Shown here piece after piece: positions 46,829 to 60,548 of a stretch of 64,000 nucleotides of DNA. Both the position numbers and the translations under genes were made by a program. Position 1 is the first letter of the stretch. The number at the start of each line of letters is the position of its first letter. The stretch covers positions 88,968 to 152,967 of the forward strand of contig CAZPMN010000001.1 in NCBI GenBank assembly GCA_964587835.1, given 5' to 3'. The notes under the pieces were generated by a model. It was not told the DNA's origin, did no database searches, and was given only the letters and a program-made list of their open reading frames with translations. Source of the stretch: an uncultured bacterium (GTDB lineage Bacteria > Auribacterota > Erginobacteria > Erginobacterales > Erginobacteraceae).

Positions 46829-48343
46829 TTATGAACCGGTTCGAATACGCTCGGTGACATCCAGAAAAACTCCGGGTGAATTTTTGCCTGAATAAAAACA
46901 CCGGTCTTCAAGCAAGGGTATTTCCGCCTGGAAGCATTGGTTGAATAACACTCGGAAAGTGTTGACCGGAGTAATCGAGTCATAAATTCCCTTCTCGCTC
47001 TCTCCAGGAAGAAGATAGGCGCTAAAAATACTCATCTGCCTTCGGAGAAACTCGTCGCTGGGAGCCTTCTCCAGAAAGATGTAGAATTCGTGAATGAAAC
47101 CAGAACCGTGGTCTGCCTGGATGATAATGACCGGCGGTGTTTTGGAACGTCCGATTATACGACCGACCAGTTCCTTGAGCCGGCGATTCACGTAGGCGAC
47201 CTGGCCGGCATATAGTTCCTCAAGACTACCTCCCTTCCCGAGCCGGGGATCCACATTGTCCAGAAAGACCTCTCCTCCATCGGCCTGGAAGACGAACGGG
47301 GGATGTGGGCAGAGTATGTGACCGAATACAAATTTGGGGCCCGGGATATCTATCGCTTTTTTCAATGATCGGAAACCATCCAATACGGCGCTCCGATGCT
47401 GTTTGATCCTGATAATGGAGGCCAGGGGTTTGGCGGCGGTGGTGCTGAGCAGCATAATCCAGAACCGGCCGTGGAGACTGCGGCGCAGATCGTCCTCCCG
47501 GTAGCGGCCGATTGTCAGCTTTCCCGTTGTATCGATGTAGACCAGCTGATATCCGCGGGATTCAAGAAAACCCGCCACGGCACTGTCGAGTACCAAGTGC
47601 TGTTGTGTGTCCAGAAGATTGGCGTCCCGGAGGTTCTGAAGGTAGTCCATATTCAATGTCGAGGGTAGCGAGAGACTGGTATACGCGTAATTGGAACAGC
47701 TCTCGGATGGTACAGAGAAACCTTTGGCGGTGAGATAATCTATGAACGGCTGATTGTCATAACCGTAAGCCTCCTTAAGCACGTCAGAGCGAACATAAGC
47801 GTCCGGAAGAATATAATAGATGTCCGGATGACTCTCTCCCCCGGAGCCGTTCTCCGACACCTTCAAGGAATCCGGTATTTCTGTTGCCTGTTTGCGCAGA
47901 ATCCCTGCTGTGATGCCAGGCAGGGCGGAGATGACCAGGACGGCGCCGACCAGATTTGCGATCTGGACAAAAATCGGCTTCTGCTTCCGGAACCGCTCCC
48001 TCAGCAGCAGCCAGGAGCCGACTCCCCCGAGAGCCGTCCAGAGAGGAAGGAAGTATCTGAAACGCCCCAGTGAGTGACCGATCTCGGAAGAGTAGTAAAT
48101 ATAACTGTGTATATGGCCGGCGGAGAAAAACCAGAACAACACAAGTGATGTCAGGATCGCCCCCCGAGACGAATCCTTAAACGCAAACGTGAATAATCCC
48201 CACAAAACCCCAGCCACTGCCAGCGTGACCCCGAGTGATGATAGAACATCGGCGAGCGGTGTCCTGTCATAATTTACCGAATATAGAAGAAACACCGGAT
48301 AAGCCGAGAAGAACAGCAGATGGAATGGATAGGGTTTCTTCAT
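46829..48343 (-). CDS. Membrane-anchored sulfatase/alkaline-phosphatase-superfamily protein (LtaS/EptA-like phosphotransferase)
   Basis: Five N-terminal TM helices, then the extracytoplasmic domain DIYYILPDAYVRSDVL... with a sulfatase-like arrangement. Confidence 0.5.
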   Translation of the reverse strand: MKKPYPFHLLFFSAYPVFLLYSVNYDRTPLADVLSSLGVTLAVAGVLWGLFTFAFKDSSRGAILTSLVLFWFFSAGHIHSYIYYSSEIGHSLGRFRYFLPLWTALGGVGSWLLLRERFRKQKPIFVQIANLVGAVLVISALPGITAGILRKQATEIPDSLKVSENGSGGESHPDIYYILPDAYVRSDVLKEAYGYDNQPFIDYLTAKGFSVPSESCSNYAYTSLSLPSTLNMDYLQNLRDANLLDTQQHLVLDSAVAGFLESRGYQLVYIDTTGKLTIGRYREDDLRRSLHGRFWIMLLSTTAAKPLASIIRIKQHRSAVLDGFRSLKKAIDIPGPKFVFGHILCPHPPFVFQADGGEVFLDNVDPRLGKGGSLEELYAGQVAYVNRRLKELVGRIIGRSKTPPVIIIQADHGSGFIHEFYIFLEKAPSDEFLRRQMSIFSAYLLPGESEKGIYDSITPVNTFRVLFNQCFQAEIPLLEDRCFYSGKNSPGVFLDVTERIRTGS

Positions 48344-48346
48344 TGA

Positions 48347-49498
48347 TCAGCAGTGCACTCCAAGATCCCGATAGGCTTCGATCTGCCTTCGGGCGATTAC
48401 CTTCCAGGAGAACTTGTCTCTTGCTCTTTCTCTCCCCCGTGTTCCCAGTTGTCGCGCCCTCGTGGGATTGTCGAGCAAGAGATTGATTTTCCCCGCCAGG
48501 TCCGTGGTGTTGCCTTCCTCGAAGACCAATCCGGACTCGCCGATGACACGGGGGATTTCACCCGAGCTGGAGCCGATAACCGGTACTCCGCAACTCATAG
48601 CCTCGACGAGAACCCGGCCAAACTGTTCCTTCAGGCCAGGCAGGGTGATCGAGGGGAGGACCAGGACGTGCATAGAGTTGAGATAGGCGGGAAGCTCGTC
48701 GTAAACGATTGGATCGATTATCCGGACGGCCTTCCGAATACCGAGTTCTCCGGATAGTCCAAGTATCCGTGACTTGAGGGGGCCCTGCCCGATCAGGAGA
48801 AGGTTGAAATCGCCGTCTAATTGGCGGGCTGCCTGGATCAGGTCGAGGATCCCTTTCTGCCGGTCGAACTTGCCCACGAAGCCGATGGTAAAATGTTCGA
48901 GTCCGAGCTGACGCCGGAGACGGGAACTGTCGAGTTCCCGGAAATGAGCCGGGTCGATCCCCATCGGCAGCACGGCCGAGCCCTTGCGCCATCCTTTCTC
49001 CCGGAGAATCTGATCGGTTTCGATATTAATCGGGAAAGCAAAGTCGGCGTGCCGGAATGTAAAACGCTCCAAGCAAGAAAACGGCGGCGGATAGTCTCGG
49101 CGGATATTCTGGGCGGAAAAAAATATAATCCGGGACGGGGGGTTGATCCCGCCTGCCGCCCGGACCGCCTGCGCGGTTACGGCGGCGAATGGTTCCGCCC
49201 AGACCTCAACGATGTCAGGCCGGAGTCTTTTGATCAGCTGGCTGAGGCCGGGGTAGATATGGGCGGCGTTTTTCAATCCGTGGTGCCGCAGTCCCCAGGA
49301 AAGCGGCTGGCGGGGAATGATCCGGAAGTCCCCGACGGTTGTCGCACCTAGCTCCACAACGGTATTGAATTGCCTCCACTGCCTGGGGACCAGCAGGGTG
49401 ATTTCCGCCCCGGATTGCCGAAAAACCTCGGAGAATCTCTGCCGGTAACCGGATATCACCGCCGAATGCGAGATGACCAGAAGTTTCACGTCAGGCAT
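48347..49498 (-). CDS. Glycosyltransferase family 4
   Basis: KEQFGRVLVEAMSCGVPVIGSSSGEIPRVIGESGLVF. Confidence 0.8.
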   Translation of the reverse strand: MPDVKLLVISHSAVISGYRQRFSEVFRQSGAEITLLVPRQWRQFNTVVELGATTVGDFRIIPRQPLSWGLRHHGLKNAAHIYPGLSQLIKRLRPDIVEVWAEPFAAVTAQAVRAAGGINPPSRIIFFSAQNIRRDYPPPFSCLERFTFRHADFAFPINIETDQILREKGWRKGSAVLPMGIDPAHFRELDSSRLRRQLGLEHFTIGFVGKFDRQKGILDLIQAARQLDGDFNLLLIGQGPLKSRILGLSGELGIRKAVRIIDPIVYDELPAYLNSMHVLVLPSITLPGLKEQFGRVLVEAMSCGVPVIGSSSGEIPRVIGESGLVFEEGNTTDLAGKINLLLDNPTRARQLGTRGRERARDKFSWKVIARRQIEAYRDLGVHC

Positions 49499-49520
49499 AC
49501 CCTGGACAGGGGGGAGTGGA

Positions 49521-50291
49521 TTACAGGCATCCCCCCCGCATTGCGCGGACTTCAGCCACGATTTTCGGGGAGGCTTTCTTCCAGACCGGGCAAGAAGGGT
49601 CGAATTTACTCTGCGCGTTCCCTAAGTAATAGTCCGGATCCGTCATTATCCTCGCTATCATCTCCGCGCCTTGTTGGCAGGCTTTTCGGTAAATATCCCC
49701 GTACCGGTCGGAGGGGGAGACGGGGATGGTCTCTTCCAGGATCACCTCTCCGGCGTCGAGTTTTTCGGCAATCTTATGAATGGTCACGCCTACTGGGTCA
49801 TTATTGTACAGGCTCCAGATAATGGTATCAGATCCACGGTATTTAGGCAGCAGACCGGTATGAAAATTGATGCATCCCCGGGGCGGTATTTGGAATATTC
49901 GCGGTTTGAGGATCCGGGTGCCCGAGACGGTACAGATATCAGGGAGCAGATCCGACAAGAATGACTCGGTTTCGGGGGCGTTGAAATCGGGTACCACTTC
50001 CACGGGGATATTGTATCGGCCGGCGAGGTCGCGAACGGTCAAACAATCCATCCGTTTGCTCAGCCGGAATTTTCCGAGCAGGAGACGGGCACCTTTCCGC
50101 GCGACGTATTTCCAGCCCCACTGACTGCTCTTCTTCTTGAGGAAAGCAAGATATCCCGATAGAGGATTGTGATCTTCCGGAAGCGGTCGTTCGATGATTA
50201 CGGCTGCGGGCGTCAGATCGACGGCCACGAGTTTCTCAAGGATGATCTTGCCGGATAAGGCGGTATTACTTGTTAACATGACGATTTTCAT
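49521..50291 (-). CDS. Formyltransferase (Fmt/ArnA-N-like); probable sugar N-formyltransferase
   Basis: NFHTGLLPKYRGSDTIIWSLYNNDPVGVTIHKIAEKLDAGEVILEE (formyl_trans_N catalytic His/Asp region). Confidence 0.75.
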   Translation of the reverse strand: MKIVMLTSNTALSGKIILEKLVAVDLTPAAVIIERPLPEDHNPLSGYLAFLKKKSSQWGWKYVARKGARLLLGKFRLSKRMDCLTVRDLAGRYNIPVEVVPDFNAPETESFLSDLLPDICTVSGTRILKPRIFQIPPRGCINFHTGLLPKYRGSDTIIWSLYNNDPVGVTIHKIAEKLDAGEVILEETIPVSPSDRYGDIYRKACQQGAEMIARIMTDPDYYLGNAQSKFDPSCPVWKKASPKIVAEVRAMRGGCL

Positions 50292-50312
50292 AAAAACCGG
50301 GAGGATTTGCAG

Positions 50313-51191
50313 TCACCTCTTTCTGGTAAGGCAGTCAGTTACGTTGATTCCTTCCGTGATCCGGCGAAAATGGGTAAAAGAGATGCCGGTGGAGATGCCG
50401 ATCCGGTTGAGACGCAAAGGATGACTGAGGAACGAGTTCTTTCCGCCGCACGCGTAGCTGGCGGAGATATAGCCGGTTTTGCTTAAGAGAGGCTCGAGTT
50501 CCCTTGTGATGGTGTGGATTTTGCCGTAGGGCCAGGAGAAGTGAACCGGCCTGAGGCCGATCCGGTCTGTGATTTCCTCGGCCGACCGCGAGATCTCATC
50601 CAGATATTGATCAATATTGCTCTGGTCGGGATGAGCGTGGGTTATGGTATGAGAGCCGATTTCGAATCCGTTGCGGGCGAGTTCCCCGACCTCGTCCCAG
50701 CTGAGTTTGGGATAGTTTATCCCTGGGTACCGGCTCTCGCCGGGCAGCTCGGAGTTTGTCCCGATGAAACCGGTCGCAACGAATAATGTCGCCGGCAGTC
50801 CGAGCTGCCGGAGTATTGGGTAAGCCTGGGTAAATACCGATTGATACCCGTCATCGAAGGTTATGATGATGAAAGGGCCCGACTCCGGCATCTTCGGAGC
50901 GGTATTCCTGAGCATCGCGATGTAGTGAGACAGCGAGATAATCCGGCAGTTTTGGGCCAAATAAGCCATCTGCCGGCCGAAATCGTCGGTGGTCAGGCAG
51001 ATTTTATTAAAGTAGGCCCTGTCCGGAGCCTGGTCGCTGACGATATTGTGGTAAAGCAGGATTATTATTTTGGGTTGCGGTGAATACTTATTGATGGCCT
51101 TCTGGAGCCCGCTCAGGACAGAATTATCCCAGAGTGCCTCAAGTACATTCTTGACCGTCTTCTTAAGACGTAGCGAATAGATCTCTTTCAT
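50313..51191 (-). CDS. Polysaccharide deacetylase (CE4, NodB homology domain)
   Basis: IIITFDDGYQSVFTQAYPILRQLGLPATLFVATGFIG; EIGSHTITHAHP. Confidence 0.8.
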   Translation of the reverse strand: MKEIYSLRLKKTVKNVLEALWDNSVLSGLQKAINKYSPQPKIIILLYHNIVSDQAPDRAYFNKICLTTDDFGRQMAYLAQNCRIISLSHYIAMLRNTAPKMPESGPFIIITFDDGYQSVFTQAYPILRQLGLPATLFVATGFIGTNSELPGESRYPGINYPKLSWDEVGELARNGFEIGSHTITHAHPDQSNIDQYLDEISRSAEEITDRIGLRPVHFSWPYGKIHTITRELEPLLSKTGYISASYACGGKNSFLSHPLRLNRIGISTGISFTHFRRITEGINVTDCLTRKR

Positions 51192-51413
51192 TTAATTGCC
51201 GGATTATCCGGCCTCTCGGGCGTGGTCCCGGAGCCGAAAAACATAGATGCGGAATTAGCTAATCACTGGCGGATCCATAGGCCGATCTCACCGAGTGCCT
51301 GACTGGATCAGAAATCAGGAGGACCACCGCTAACCGGGGGAATAGCCGAAGACCATACATTACATCGCGCCCCCGGGTTGAGGCAACCTCATTTCCGCGT
51401 GTCCTTTGACCTG

Positions 51414-51442
51414 ATTAATTCATAAATCGGTTTATTGGTCCT
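51414..51442 (-). promoter_or_regulatory. Third occurrence (reverse orientation) of the CCGATTTATGAAT(T/A)AAT core motif, about 225 nt upstream of the leftward EPS operon and 340 nt upstream of dnaK
   Basis: The reverse complement reads ...ACCAATAAACCGATTTATGAATTAATCAG; compare 11019-11044 and 12456-12478. Confidence 0.4.
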
Positions 51443-51783
51443 ACCCCGACCTCATCCTGCTTCCGGATTCTGTTCTTCTGTAGTTGCCGTTCACGATCAT
51501 CCTGATATGGGGTAATGTGGAATTTCCACTTTGTTCCTGGTTCTTTCGATGAGTCAAAAAGACACACCTGGGTCGTTATACTGTAGCGGGTGTAACATAA
51601 TGATCCCCTCAAACTGCCTCTGATCCGGACCAGTCCATTGAGGGGGGATTTTTTAATGTGCTGGGAAGGAGTTAATTACGAACGGAATATCTCTTTCCCA
51701 GATAAAGTTCAGCATCTGGCATAGTTATTGCATTTAGTTATGCCCACAGGGTTTTACATAAAAATTTTCCAGAGGAGGAAATT

Positions 51784-53718
51784 ATGCCCAAAGTAATCGG
51801 AATCGACCTGGGAACGACCAATTCCTGCATGGCGGTGATGGAAGGCAAGGAACCGAAGGTTATCTCCAACGCCGAGGGGAGCCGGGTTACCCCTTCCGTG
51901 GTCGCCTTCACCAAGACCGGGGAAAGGTTGGTCGGCCAGCCGGCCAAGCGGCAGGCCATCACCAACTCGGCCAACACCGTCTTCTCGATTAAGCGCTTTA
52001 TGGGAAGGCGGTACGACGAGGTCTCCTCGGAGATCAAGCTCGTCCCCTACAAGGTGATCAAGGCCGCCAACGGCGACGCCCGAGTCGAGGCGGAGGGCAA
52101 GATTTACTCCCCGCCCGAGATCTCGGCTATGCTCCTGCGCAAGATGAAGCAGGACGCCGAGTCCCACCTGGGCGACAAGGTGACTGCGGCGGTGATCACG
52201 GTCCCCGCCTATTTCAACGACAGCCAGCGGCAGGCGACCAAGGACGCCGGAAAGATCGCCGGACTGGAGGTGAAGCGGATCATCAACGAGCCGACCGCGG
52301 CCTCCCTGGCCTACGGACTGGACAAGAAGAAGGACGAGAAGATCGCCGTCTTCGATCTCGGGGGCGGGACCTTCGATATTTCGATCCTGGAGATCGGGGA
52401 GGGCGTCTTCGAGGTCAAGTCGACCAACGGGGATACCCATCTCGGGGGTGACGACTTCGACCAGCGGGTGATCGACTGGATCGCCGAGGAGTTCAAGAAG
52501 GACCAGGGGATCGACCTCAAGCAGGACGCGATGGCGATCCAGCGGCTGAAGGAGGCGGCCGAAAAGGCCAAGTGCGAACTTTCCTCGACCAAGGAGACCG
52601 AGATCAACCTCCCCTTCATCACCGCCGACGCCGCCGGTCCCAAGCACCTCTCGATGAAGCTAACCCGGGCCAAGCTCGACCAGCTCTGCGAGGACCTGAT
52701 CAACCGGACGGAGAATCCCTGCCGGCAGGCGCTTAAGGACGCCGGGCTGGCCGCCGACGGGATCGATGAGGTAATCCTGGTCGGGGGAATGACCCGGATG
52801 CCGGCGGTCCAGGAGATGGTGAAAAAACTCTTCGGCAAGGATCCTCACAAGGGGGTCAACCCGGACGAGGTGGTCGCCATCGGGGCCGCTATCCAGGCCG
52901 GAGTGCTCCAGGGGGATGTCAAGGACGTACTCCTGCTCGACGTCACTCCGCTCTCGCTGGGGATCGAGACCCTTGGGGGCGTGATGACCCGCCTGATCGA
53001 GCGCAACACCACCATCCCGACCAAGAAGAGCGAGATCTTCTCGACCGCGGCCGACAACCAGACCCAGGTCGAGATCCACGTTCTCCAGGGGGAACGGGAG
53101 ATGGCCTCCGCCAACCGGACGATCGGAAAGTTTCACCTTACCGGGATTCCCCCGGCTCCCCGGGGCGTCCCTCAGATCGAGGTTTCCTTCGATATCGACG
53201 CCAACGGGATCCTCAACGTCTCGGCCAAGGACCTCGGCACCGGCAAGGAGCAAAATATCACCATCACCGCCTCCAGCGGCCTGGAGAAGGAAGAGGTGGA
53301 GAAGATGGTCAAGGATTCCGAGCAGCACGCCGAGGAAGATAAGCAACTGAGGGAAGCGGTTGACGCCAAGAACCAGGGCGACGCCGCCGCCTACCAGGCG
53401 GAAAAACTCCTCAAGGACAACGAGGGAAAGATTTCCGCCGAAGCCAAGGCCAAGATCGAGGCCGCGATCGAGCGGTTGAAGACCGCCCTCAAAAACGAGG
53501 AAGTCGAGGAGATCAAATCCGCCACCGAGGACCTCAACCAGTCCTGGCACGCGGTCAGCCAGGAGATGTACCAGCAGGCAGCCGGGCAGCCGGGCGCCGA
53601 CGCCGGGCCGTCCGCCGGCCCCCAGGCCCCGCCTCCGCCTCCGGAAGCAGAGGAAAAATCCCCGGAAGGCGAGGTCATCGATGCTGAATTCGAGGTTGAG
53701 GACGAGGGGAAGAAGTAA
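51784..53718 (+). CDS. dnaK: Molecular chaperone DnaK (Hsp70)
   Basis: [24 protein letters not shown]-terminal EEVD-like acidic tail; GGAGGA SD upstream. Confidence 0.97.
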   Translation: MPKVIGIDLGTTNSCMAVMEGKEPKVISNAEGSRVTPSVVAFTKTGERLVGQPAKRQAITNSANTVFSIKRFMGRRYDEVSSEIKLVPYKVIKAANGDARVEAEGKIYSPPEISAMLLRKMKQDAESHLGDKVTAAVITVPAYFNDSQRQATKDAGKIAGLEVKRIINEPTAASLAYGLDKKKDEKIAVFDLGGGTFDISILEIGEGVFEVKSTNGDTHLGGDDFDQRVIDWIAEEFKKDQGIDLKQDAMAIQRLKEAAEKAKCELSSTKETEINLPFITADAAGPKHLSMKLTRAKLDQLCEDLINRTENPCRQALKDAGLAADGIDEVILVGGMTRMPAVQEMVKKLFGKDPHKGVNPDEVVAIGAAIQAGVLQGDVKDVLLLDVTPLSLGIETLGGVMTRLIERNTTIPTKKSEIFSTAADNQTQVEIHVLQGEREMASANRTIGKFHLTGIPPAPRGVPQIEVSFDIDANGILNVSAKDLGTGKEQNITITASSGLEKEEVEKMVKDSEQHAEEDKQLREAVDAKNQGDAAAYQAEKLLKDNEGKISAEAKAKIEAAIERLKTALKNEEVEEIKSATEDLNQSWHAVSQEMYQQAAGQPGADAGPSAGPQAPPPPPEAEEKSPEGEVIDAEFEVEDEGKK

Positions 53719-53747
53719 TTCGGAAAGACACCGCGAAGTCACCAAGT

Positions 53748-53780
53748 GTCCTTTAGGTCCTTTAAGTCCCTTAGGTCCTC
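53748..53780 (+). repeat. Four tandem 9-mers GTCC(T/C)TTA(G/A) in the dnaK-groES spacer
   Basis: gtcctttag gtcctttaa gtcccttag gtcctc. No CIRCE (TTAGCACTC-N9-GAGTGCTAA) was found upstream of dnaK, groES or clpB. Confidence 0.6.
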
Positions 53781-53890
53781 TCCAGGGCAGTCATCGAAAA
53801 GGAGGTGGTGTTTCGGGAAAGAAAAGTCAAAGGGGTAAACGGGAAAACATTGTCTAACCAAGTATCAAATTCAACAGGAGGAAAGAGAGT

Positions 53891-54178
53891 ATGAAGATCA
53901 CACCTTTGGGCGATCGGGTTCTGGTCAAGAGACTGGAGCCGGCAGAGACCAAGAAAGGCGGAATCATCATTCCGGAGACGGCCCAGGAGAAACCGATGGA
54001 GGCGACCGTGATCGCCGTCGGGACCGGCAAGGTTCTCGAAGACGGGACCAAGGTCAAGTTCGAAGTGGCCAAGGGCGACCGGGTCCTGATCGGGAAGTAT
54101 TCCGGGACCGATGTCAAAATCGACGATGAGGATTACCTGATCCTGAGTCAGGACGATATCCTGGCCATCGTGAAGTAA
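53891..54178 (+). CDS. groES: Co-chaperonin GroES
   Basis: MKITPLGDRVLVKRLEPAETKKGGIIIPETAQEKP. Confidence 0.97.
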   Translation: MKITPLGDRVLVKRLEPAETKKGGIIIPETAQEKPMEATVIAVGTGKVLEDGTKVKFEVAKGDRVLIGKYSGTDVKIDDEDYLILSQDDILAIVK

Positions 54179-55858
<1,680 letters not shown>

Positions 55859-55894
55859 TTTAAATCCCCGGCGGGGATTTAAATTAGTGGAGAA

Positions 55895-55931
55895 GCGGCC
55901 CCCCGGCCTTCGGTCGGGGGGCCGCTTTTTT
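55895..55931 (+). terminator. Rho-independent terminator after groEL
   Basis: GCGGCCCCCCG-gccttcggt-CGGGGGGCCGC followed by TTTTTT. A second short hairpin AAATCCCCGGCGGGGATTT lies at 55862-55880. Confidence 0.8.
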
Positions 55932-55994
55932 GATTCTCCGGGAGAAGAATAGTGATATGATCCAAAAGATCGTTCGGTAGGTCCGAAGGAAGAG

Positions 55995-56726
55995 ATGATC
56001 GAAAACGGAATTCTCTGGCTGCTGCATCTGTTCTTTCCCCGGGAGTGCGTCCACTGCGGGGTCTTGCTCGATCACCTAAATCGGGATTATCTCTGCCCGG
56101 CCTGTCGGGATCTCCTGGAGCCGGTCGGGAGGCCGGTCTGTGAACAGTGCGGCCGGCCGCTGGCCGGGCCGGGAGATCTGATCCTGAACTGTCCGGACTG
56201 CCGGAAGAACCCTCCGGACTACCGCCGGGCCCGCTCGGCCATCTATTTTTCCGGGCCCGGCCGTTCCCTGGTACTGACCTACAAGTACAGCGCCAACCCC
56301 TATCTCTCCGTCGCCGCTCTCCGGTTGCTCCTGGCGGCCGGGGAGAGATGGTACGACTGGGATGATTACGAGCTGGTGCTCCCGGTTCCTCTGCATCCCC
56401 GGAAGATTCGGGAGCGGGGTTTCGATCAGTCGGCGATCCTGGTCGCGGGCTTGAGCCGGGCGACCGGGATACCCCGGGCCCGGAACTGTCTGATCCGGAT
56501 TCGTTACACACCCAGCCAGACCCGCCTGAACCGGGAAGCCCGACGGGAGAATATCCGGGGAGCTTTTCGGGTGAGTGGTCGAGAAATCCCGCCCGCGGCT
56601 TCAATCCTCCTGATCGACGACGTCTATACCACGGGATCGACCGCCAATGAGTGCGCGGCGGCGCTGCGGCAGGCCGGGGCGGGCGTTGTTGACGTATTGA
56701 CCCTGGCCCGAGCGGTGGAGAGATGA
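55995..56726 (+). CDS. ComF-family protein (zinc-ribbon + phosphoribosyltransferase domain)
   Basis: CVHCG...CPACRD...CEQCGRPL...CPDC zinc ribbon; PRTase motif ILLIDDVYTTGSTANE. Confidence 0.75.
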   Translation: MIENGILWLLHLFFPRECVHCGVLLDHLNRDYLCPACRDLLEPVGRPVCEQCGRPLAGPGDLILNCPDCRKNPPDYRRARSAIYFSGPGRSLVLTYKYSANPYLSVAALRLLLAAGERWYDWDDYELVLPVPLHPRKIRERGFDQSAILVAGLSRATGIPRARNCLIRIRYTPSQTRLNREARRENIRGAFRVSGREIPPAASILLIDDVYTTGSTANECAAALRQAGAGVVDVLTLARAVER

Positions 56727-57427
56727 GGCTGCAGAAGTTTCTCGCCCGGGCCGGGGTCGCCTCCCGGAGGAAGGCGGAAGAGCTGATCGCCTCCGGCCGG
56801 GTCCGGGTCAACGGTAATCCGGTCACCGTAATGGGTTCAGCAATCGATCCTATCCGGGATCGGGTGGAGGTGAACGGCCGGAGGGTCAGTGCGGAGGAGA
56901 TGGTTTATATCCTCCTCCACAAACCGGCCGGGTATCTCTGCGCCCTGAGCGACCGATCTCGCCGGCCCCTGGTCACCGACCTGGTCCGGCGGATCCCTCA
57001 GCGGGTCTACCCGGCCGGCCGCCTTGATCTCGATTCCGAGGGGTTGCTAATCCTGACCAATGACGGAGAGTTCGCCCTGAGACTGACCCACCCCCGGCAT
57101 GGCATCGAGAAGAAATATTTTCTTCGGCTCCGGGATCCTCTGACCGGTCCGGCGGTGGAGCGCCTGCAGCAGGGGGTGACCCTGGACGATGGTTTCCAGA
57201 CCCGCCCGGCCCGGGTGAGGATTCTCTCCCCCGACGGTCGGGAGGCGGAGATCGCCATCGGCGAGGGTAAGAAACGCCAGGTCAAGAGGATGATAAAAGC
57301 GGTCGGGAATCGGGTGACCTACCTGCGCCGGACCGCGGTCGGACCGTTGCGGTTGGATGATCTCAAGCGGGGAGAATGGCGGAGATTGACCACGGCTGAG
57401 GTGTCGTTTTTCCTGGATGGGGAATAG
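56723..57427 (+). CDS. RluB/RsuA-family rRNA pseudouridine synthase (S4 domain + PseudoU_synth_2)
   Basis: S4 RLQKFLARAGVASRRKAEELI; catalytic VYPAGRLDLDSEGLLILTNDGEFA. Confidence 0.85.
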   Translation: MRLQKFLARAGVASRRKAEELIASGRVRVNGNPVTVMGSAIDPIRDRVEVNGRRVSAEEMVYILLHKPAGYLCALSDRSRRPLVTDLVRRIPQRVYPAGRLDLDSEGLLILTNDGEFALRLTHPRHGIEKKYFLRLRDPLTGPAVERLQQGVTLDDGFQTRPARVRILSPDGREAEIAIGEGKKRQVKRMIKAVGNRVTYLRRTAVGPLRLDDLKRGEWRRLTTAEVSFFLDGE

Positions 57428-57480
57428 GGAATGGGGAATAGGGAATAGTTGACAGTAATCAGTAATCAGTGATCAGTAGG
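57419..57480. repeat. Tandem heptamer repeats (GGGAATA x about 4, then CAGTAAT/CAGTGAT x 3) immediately after rluB
   Basis: gggaatagggaatggggaatagggaatag ttga cagtaatcagtaatcagtgatcagtagg. The CAGTAAT block recurs downstream of clpB at 60479-60546. Confidence 0.7.
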
Positions 57481-57706
57481 CGGTATCGCCCTTCGGGCTT
57501 GATGGATCGGAATGCTGGGGCATTCCTTGTGGTAAATGTGGTATCGCTTTGCTTGAATTAGCGAGGATTCGCGAGGTTAGCGGATAATATAGGCAGTGGG
57601 CAGTAGGAACTGATCTGATAATCGGGGTAATCTGTGAACGAAGAAGAATGTAAGCGGTGATAAGCAAACGGTAAGCAATGTCAAAGGGGCCGGGGCAGGG
57701 GGATGA

Positions 57707-57874
57707 ATATATCCAGTTGATCCTGTTATCCTGTCAAAAAATGGGGGCGAGGCGGGGGGATAGAGACAGTAAGCGGTGAGCGGTTAGCAGTAAGCAGTGG
57801 GGGTGAGGCGGGGTACAATACATCCCATATCCTGTAGATCTTGTTATCCCTGTCAACAAATCGGAAGGAGGCGG
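57707..57874 (+). promoter_or_regulatory. Duplicated ~40-nt motif (TTGTTATCC(C)TGTCAA(A/C)AAAT(G/C)GG...GAGGCGG) in the clpB 5' region; the second copy runs into the clpB RBS
   Basis: 57716-57760 atccagttgatcctgttatcctgtcaaaaaatgggggcgaggcgg versus 57828-57874 atcctgtagatcttgttatccctgtcaacaaatcggaaggaggcgg. Additional GTAAGC(G/A)GTG short repeats lie between the copies. Confidence 0.5.
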
Positions 57875-57878
57875 AACA

Positions 57879-60478
<2,600 letters not shown>

Positions 60479-60479
<1 letters not shown>

Positions 60480-60546
60480 TCAGTAATCGGTAATCAGTGA
60501 TCAGTGGCCCGGGTTACCGATTACTGATTACTGATCACTGATTACC
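60479..60546. repeat. Heptad-repeat palindrome downstream of clpB (CAGTAATCGGTAATCAGTGATCAGT ... ACTGATCACTGATTACCG); possible bidirectional terminator
   Basis: An 18-bp stem (cggtaatcagtgatcagt / actgatcactgattaccg) with a ~24-nt loop lies between convergent genes. The left arm is a near-identical direct repeat of 57453-57480 upstream of clpB. Confidence 0.55.
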
Positions 60547-60548
60547 GT

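Noticed and set aside
51192-51783. CIRCE/HrcA operator or HAIR/HspR operator upstream of dnaK
   Set aside because: Searched by eye for TTAGCACTC-N9-GAGTGCTAA and CTTGAGT-N7-ACTCAAG and found neither. Only short unrelated palindromes (GTGGAAtTTCCAC, GGCATA-N15-TATGCC) are present.
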